Source of the DNA: the human T2T-CHM13v2.0 reference genome, Homo sapiens
Assembly: GCF_009914755.1 (NCBI RefSeq)
Contig: NC_060927.1
Direction: 5' to 3' (one strand)
Length of the DNA: 64,000 nt
Shown: positions 59,947-64,000 of the stretch, one piece after another
Position numbering within the stretch: the stretch's first letter is position 1
Layout: each line of letters begins with the position of its first letter
Program-made: the position numbers and the translations under genes
Notes under the pieces: model-generated
Databases searched by the model: none
Seen by the model: the letters and a program-made list of their open reading frames with translations, nothing else
Told to the model about the DNA's origin: nothing

Positions 59947-60581
59947 GAGCTGTTTAGAGTATGGCATCAGGCTGCTCTTCTGTTCTTGTTATCTAGAAAT
60001 AGCAGAGGGACCTTGGGTGCCCCTGACTATTCTCAAACAGGCATGCCCAGTAGAGTTGAACTTGGCTGCCACACACAGTGATTCAGCAATTTAACAACAG
60101 AGAATGTGAGAGAGAGAGAAGGAGGATTTTTCATATTGGGTTTGGATAAGGCACATATTTTGTTGTGCACAAATAAGGAGAGATCTAGAGTTGTTAATTT
60201 TGTTAGTTATTATAAAACTCAAATAATTTGTATAACTGGCTGGTTTATGACCAAAAATGCTATTTGCCTAATGAGCATTTAGAACGTGGAAACTGATTTT
60301 GAAGCTTGTAACAGAAATAGGATAAAATAAAAATAAAATAAAATGATGTTTACAGAAATGTATCTGTATTACATGGCTAAAGATATGGGAAGTTTTTTTC
60401 TAGTTATGAGACGTGTTCTACTTAAATTGAATAGACATCTAGGAGAGAGAGATTGAACATTTTATTAATCTTATTTTACAAAAGAGGAAGGGGAGGCAAC
60501 AGAACATTAAAGGATTGTTTCTCAAGCTACATAGCAGGATGCAACATCTGAATGGCATTGCCCCCAAAATCAGCCTATGCC

Positions 60582-60974
60582 CACCTCAGTCCATTTGCAC
60601 TGCAATAATGAAATACCACAGACTGCGTAATTTATAAACAATAGATATTTATTCCTCACAGTTCTAGACACCAGGAAATCCAAGATCGAGGAGCTAACAA
60701 GTTTGGTGTCTGGTAAGGGCTGCTTTCTGCTTCCAAGATGGCTCCTTGTTGCTGTGTCCTCTGGAGCGGATGAATACTGTCCTCATGTGGCAGGAAGCAG
60801 AAGGTAGAAGGGCAAAACGGGGCTGAACTCACTCCCTCAATCCCTTTTATAATGGTACTAATCCCATCCAGAAGGCAGAGCTGTCATGGCCTAATCACCT
60901 CCATAAAGGCCCAACCTCTTAATTCAGTTAAGTTTCAACATGAATTTGGGGACACAAACATTGAAACCATAGCA
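60582..60974 (-). mobile_element. MSTD-like solo LTR
   Basis: 'aataccacagactgcgtaatttataaacaatag...gaaaccatagca'; TSD atgcc on both sides. Confidence 0.85.
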
Positions 60975-62322
60975 ATGCCTCACTCAACAATAATGTTTTA
61001 TGAAAATGTAGTATCAACTCTTCCTCAGATTGGCAGGTTTAAAAAAGCTAACCTTAATGTGAACTCTATCAATCTTCCTATCAAATAATTAGATGTGGGA
61101 GTGAATGGCCCCGTGAAGAAATGACAGCAAATAACCTTTTCCAAACCAACATTTTTTTTTCCAAGAAAACTTTGGCTTACTGTTTGTGGCTGCTTGGGTA
61201 TGTGACTTTTTTAGATAAATAATTAGAAAAAAAGAAAAGGTGCAACCCTCCAAAAGGAAACTTGAAATCATTAGTAAAGAGAGAAAGAGACTTTCAAAGC
61301 CTAATTCTAAATTCCTTTCGGAGGTTCATATGAGCACTTTAGCTCTAGAACAATGTTTCCAGAAACACAATCTATCAATAATGACATTTATAGGTCAATT
61401 ACTATTACCTGGGGAATTTGGTCTACTCTTATTTTACAGTATATCTGCCAAAAGAAAATCATATATGGCATGTTTTGACTTGGCTCTAGGCTTTCTCAAA
61501 GCTTTCATTTCTTTTTCAGCTGCAACTGTGAAACTTACCTGTTACTCTTTGGCCCAGAGCCAGTTCGTCACTAAATCTACAGAGCACTGTGTTTCTTTCT
61601 GTATTCCAGCCTGCCTCCTATTTCAATCTTTGGCACAAACAACAGAGTGCTAATAGTGAAGCCACAAAATATTAAGATGAGATTATTTGGGATGGGGCAG
61701 GGAGAGGGAAAATATGGAACTTTTTAGAGCCTGGAACAGACCAATCATGCGGAAAACACTTGGCTGTGGAAGGTACTTCCATTCCACCACTATGATGACA
61801 AGCCACTGTCTTCACAGTCGCTGAGAAAACTTGACCAATAGATTTGGAAGGCCCACTTGGGGCCTCTATTTCATTATTCATTCTCTTATTCCTTTATTCA
61901 TCTATTCCCCCAGTAACTCATTTGGTAAGCCATTTAAGAAAAATTTTATTTTGAAAATTATGCAAGAGTCCTTCTAAAAATTTAACAAACATTCAAATTA
62001 CCAGGAAATCTTGTTGAAATGCAGTTTCTTGTTCACATTCTGCATTTCCACTAAGTTCTCAGGTGATGCAGATGCTGCTCCTCCAAGGGAATGAGAAATA
62101 TACTTCATTTTCCTTTTTCTTAGATCAGTGGTTTTCAAACTTGTTAGAAAAATGCAAACTCTTGGGCCCAACCCAGACCTACTGAATCTTGGAGTGGGAT
62201 CCAATAATCCACATATTACCAAGTCCTACAGGTGATTGTGATGCTTGCTCAAGTTTCAGAACCACTGAGTCTAGACCTATAGCTCCCAAAACCTGGCTAC
62301 ACATTAGAATCACTTGGAGAGC

Positions 62323-62781
62323 TCATGGGTTAAGTCGTGTTCTGCAAAAAGATGTGTTGAAGTCCAAATCCCTGATACCTATGAATGTGACCTTATTTGA
62401 AAATAGAGATTTTGTAGATCTAATCAGTTTAAGATGAGGTCATACTGGGTAAGGATGAGCCCCATAGCCAATGACTGGTGTCCTTTTAAGAAGAGTGAGA
62501 TTGGAGGCACGTAGACACAGGGAAGAATGCCACATGACAAAAAGGCAAAAATTGGAACAGTGCAGCTATAGGCCAGATAATTCCAAGGATTGCTGGCAAC
62601 CACCAGAAGCTAAAAAAGAAGCATGAAACAGATTATTTTCTACAGCATTCAGAGGGAACATGTTCCTACCAAAACCTTGATTTCAGAATTCTCACCTCCA
62701 GAACTGTAAAAGAATAAATGTCTGCAGTTTAAACCACCACGTTTGTGGTACTTTGTCATGGTAGTCCAGGAAACTAATACA
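62323..62781 (+). mobile_element. MLT1C-like solo LTR inserted in MER5A
   Basis: 'gaatgtgaccttatttgaaaatag...ggattgctggcaaccaccagaagc...ggaaactaataca'; gagct on both sides. Confidence 0.88.
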
Positions 62782-62789
62782 GAGCTTTG

Positions 62790-62813
62790 AAAAAAAAAAA
62801 AAAAAAAAAAAAA

Positions 62814-62849
<36 letters not shown>

Positions 62850-62862
62850 ACACACCCACACA
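62790..62862. repeat. Poly(A) followed by (CA)n
   Basis: Read directly. Confidence 0.95.
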
Positions 62863-63774
62863 ATGCCTCCTCACCAAACAATTAAATCAGAATCTCTGGG
62901 GGAGGGATCTCTACATGGGAATTTTAAAGTCTCCCTCAAGGTCAGGATTTAGATCCACAGCTCTGGATATTTTTAAACATAAATAGACTATACTTTATTT
63001 TCCAATAAGTCAAAAACACTACAAACAGTGGAATATCAGTGTAAAATTATCCATAAGTTTCATGAGCATCAAAATCAGTAATACAGATAAGAAGTATACT
63101 GTCAGTATTTCTCAGAGTTTAGTTAGAAAAACACTGGTATTAGAATCACCTGCAGTCCACTAATAAAGTGGGTTGCTGGGGTCCATCTCAAACCTAATGA
63201 CCAGAATCTCATGGGCTGAGGCCTGAGTAAGCACAAGTTATCAAGCTCCCTTAAGGTGACCCTTATGCATACTAAAGTTTGAAAGCCAACTGTATAGGGA
63301 TGATCTAGCAGGTTTGAGCCACTGGGGAGGGTCTTTCTGAAGATGAGAAAACTGAATGAATGTAGGGAGAGAACACACCTGAGCAATGGCAGCAGTAGAA
63401 ACTGTTGAGAAACGGCGGCTGGGGCAAAGGGGGCTCCTTTCTGGAAGCTGGTGGATGTCAGGCAGGGCTTGTGAGAGAGTATAGAGAACTCTGAAAGCCA
63501 GAGTGACAAAATACAACTGAAGAAACAGCATCAGCATTGTCTGGGAGTTTAGTAGAAATCCAGAATCCTGGGTCTTCCATAGCTCTACTGAATCAGACAC
63601 TGGGTTTTATCAAGATCCCCAGGTGATTTGAGTGTACATTAAAATTTGAGAAGCACTGCTCCAGTAGCAGTAAGAAACCTGCAGGAAGTTCCTGAGCGAC
63701 AAAGTGATATGATAAAATTATGGAATGGCAAACTTAGCTCAGTGGGGATATTTTAGAGCAAAATGGAATGCTCA

Positions 63775-63984
63775 CAGTGCTTTCCAGCAAAAATTTCTGT
63801 AATGATGGAACTGTCCTACATCTGTGCTGTTCAGTACAGTAGCTGCCAACCACATGTGGCTATTGAGCACTTGTGATGTCGCTAGTGTGATGGAGAAATG
63901 AAACGTTTTATTTTATCTTAATTAAGTTAAAATGACATTTAACTAGTCACATGTGGTTAGTGGTTACTGTATTGGACAGCACAG
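63775..63984. mobile_element. MER3
   Basis: 'ttctgtaatgatggaactgtcc...cacatgtggctattgagcacttg...gtattggacagcacag'. Confidence 0.88.
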
Positions 63985-64000
63985 ACTCAGAGGCTACAGA

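Larger units (their letters stand above)
61995..63660. mobile_element. Cluster of MER5A/B-type hAT elements (approx. 61995-62100, 62126-62267, 62275-62960 split, 63125-63292, 63528-63658)
   Basis: Recurring 'cattagaatcac', 'ctactgaatc', 'caggtgat...gtttgagaa(c/g)cactg'. Confidence 0.75.

Noticed and set aside
60039-60067. p53 response element (AGGCATGCCC plus GAACTTGGCT)
   Set aside because: Only one perfect half-site; the second is mismatched and 9 bp away.

Overview
AT-rich, CpG-poor simian-primate genomic DNA, most likely human or great ape: it carries Alu J/S elements, THE1/MST MaLRs and a near-consensus L1PA2-type 3' end. I see no CpG island and no intact protein-coding gene; most ORFs in the supplied track are chance frames in Alu, L1 or MaLR sequence. 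Much of the window is transposon debris, including a long old L1 with its 5' end, a complete THE1C provirus with TSD, an MSTA provirus cut by a deletion, and Tigger3b nested in an L1. Three things in the non-repeat DNA stand out. (1) A series of + strand exon-shaped segments (about 8.9-28 kb) includes two pairs of internally duplicated exon-like units, suggesting a decayed multi-exon gene or lncRNA. (2) A ~95%-identical 360/386-bp tandem duplication has a 37-bp inverted templated insertion at its left junction. (3) There are candidate minus-strand splice sites at 61.5 kb and 49.2 kb. Repeat subfamily names are recalled from consensus sequences and need RepeatMasker confirmation; boundaries of old repeats are approximate.
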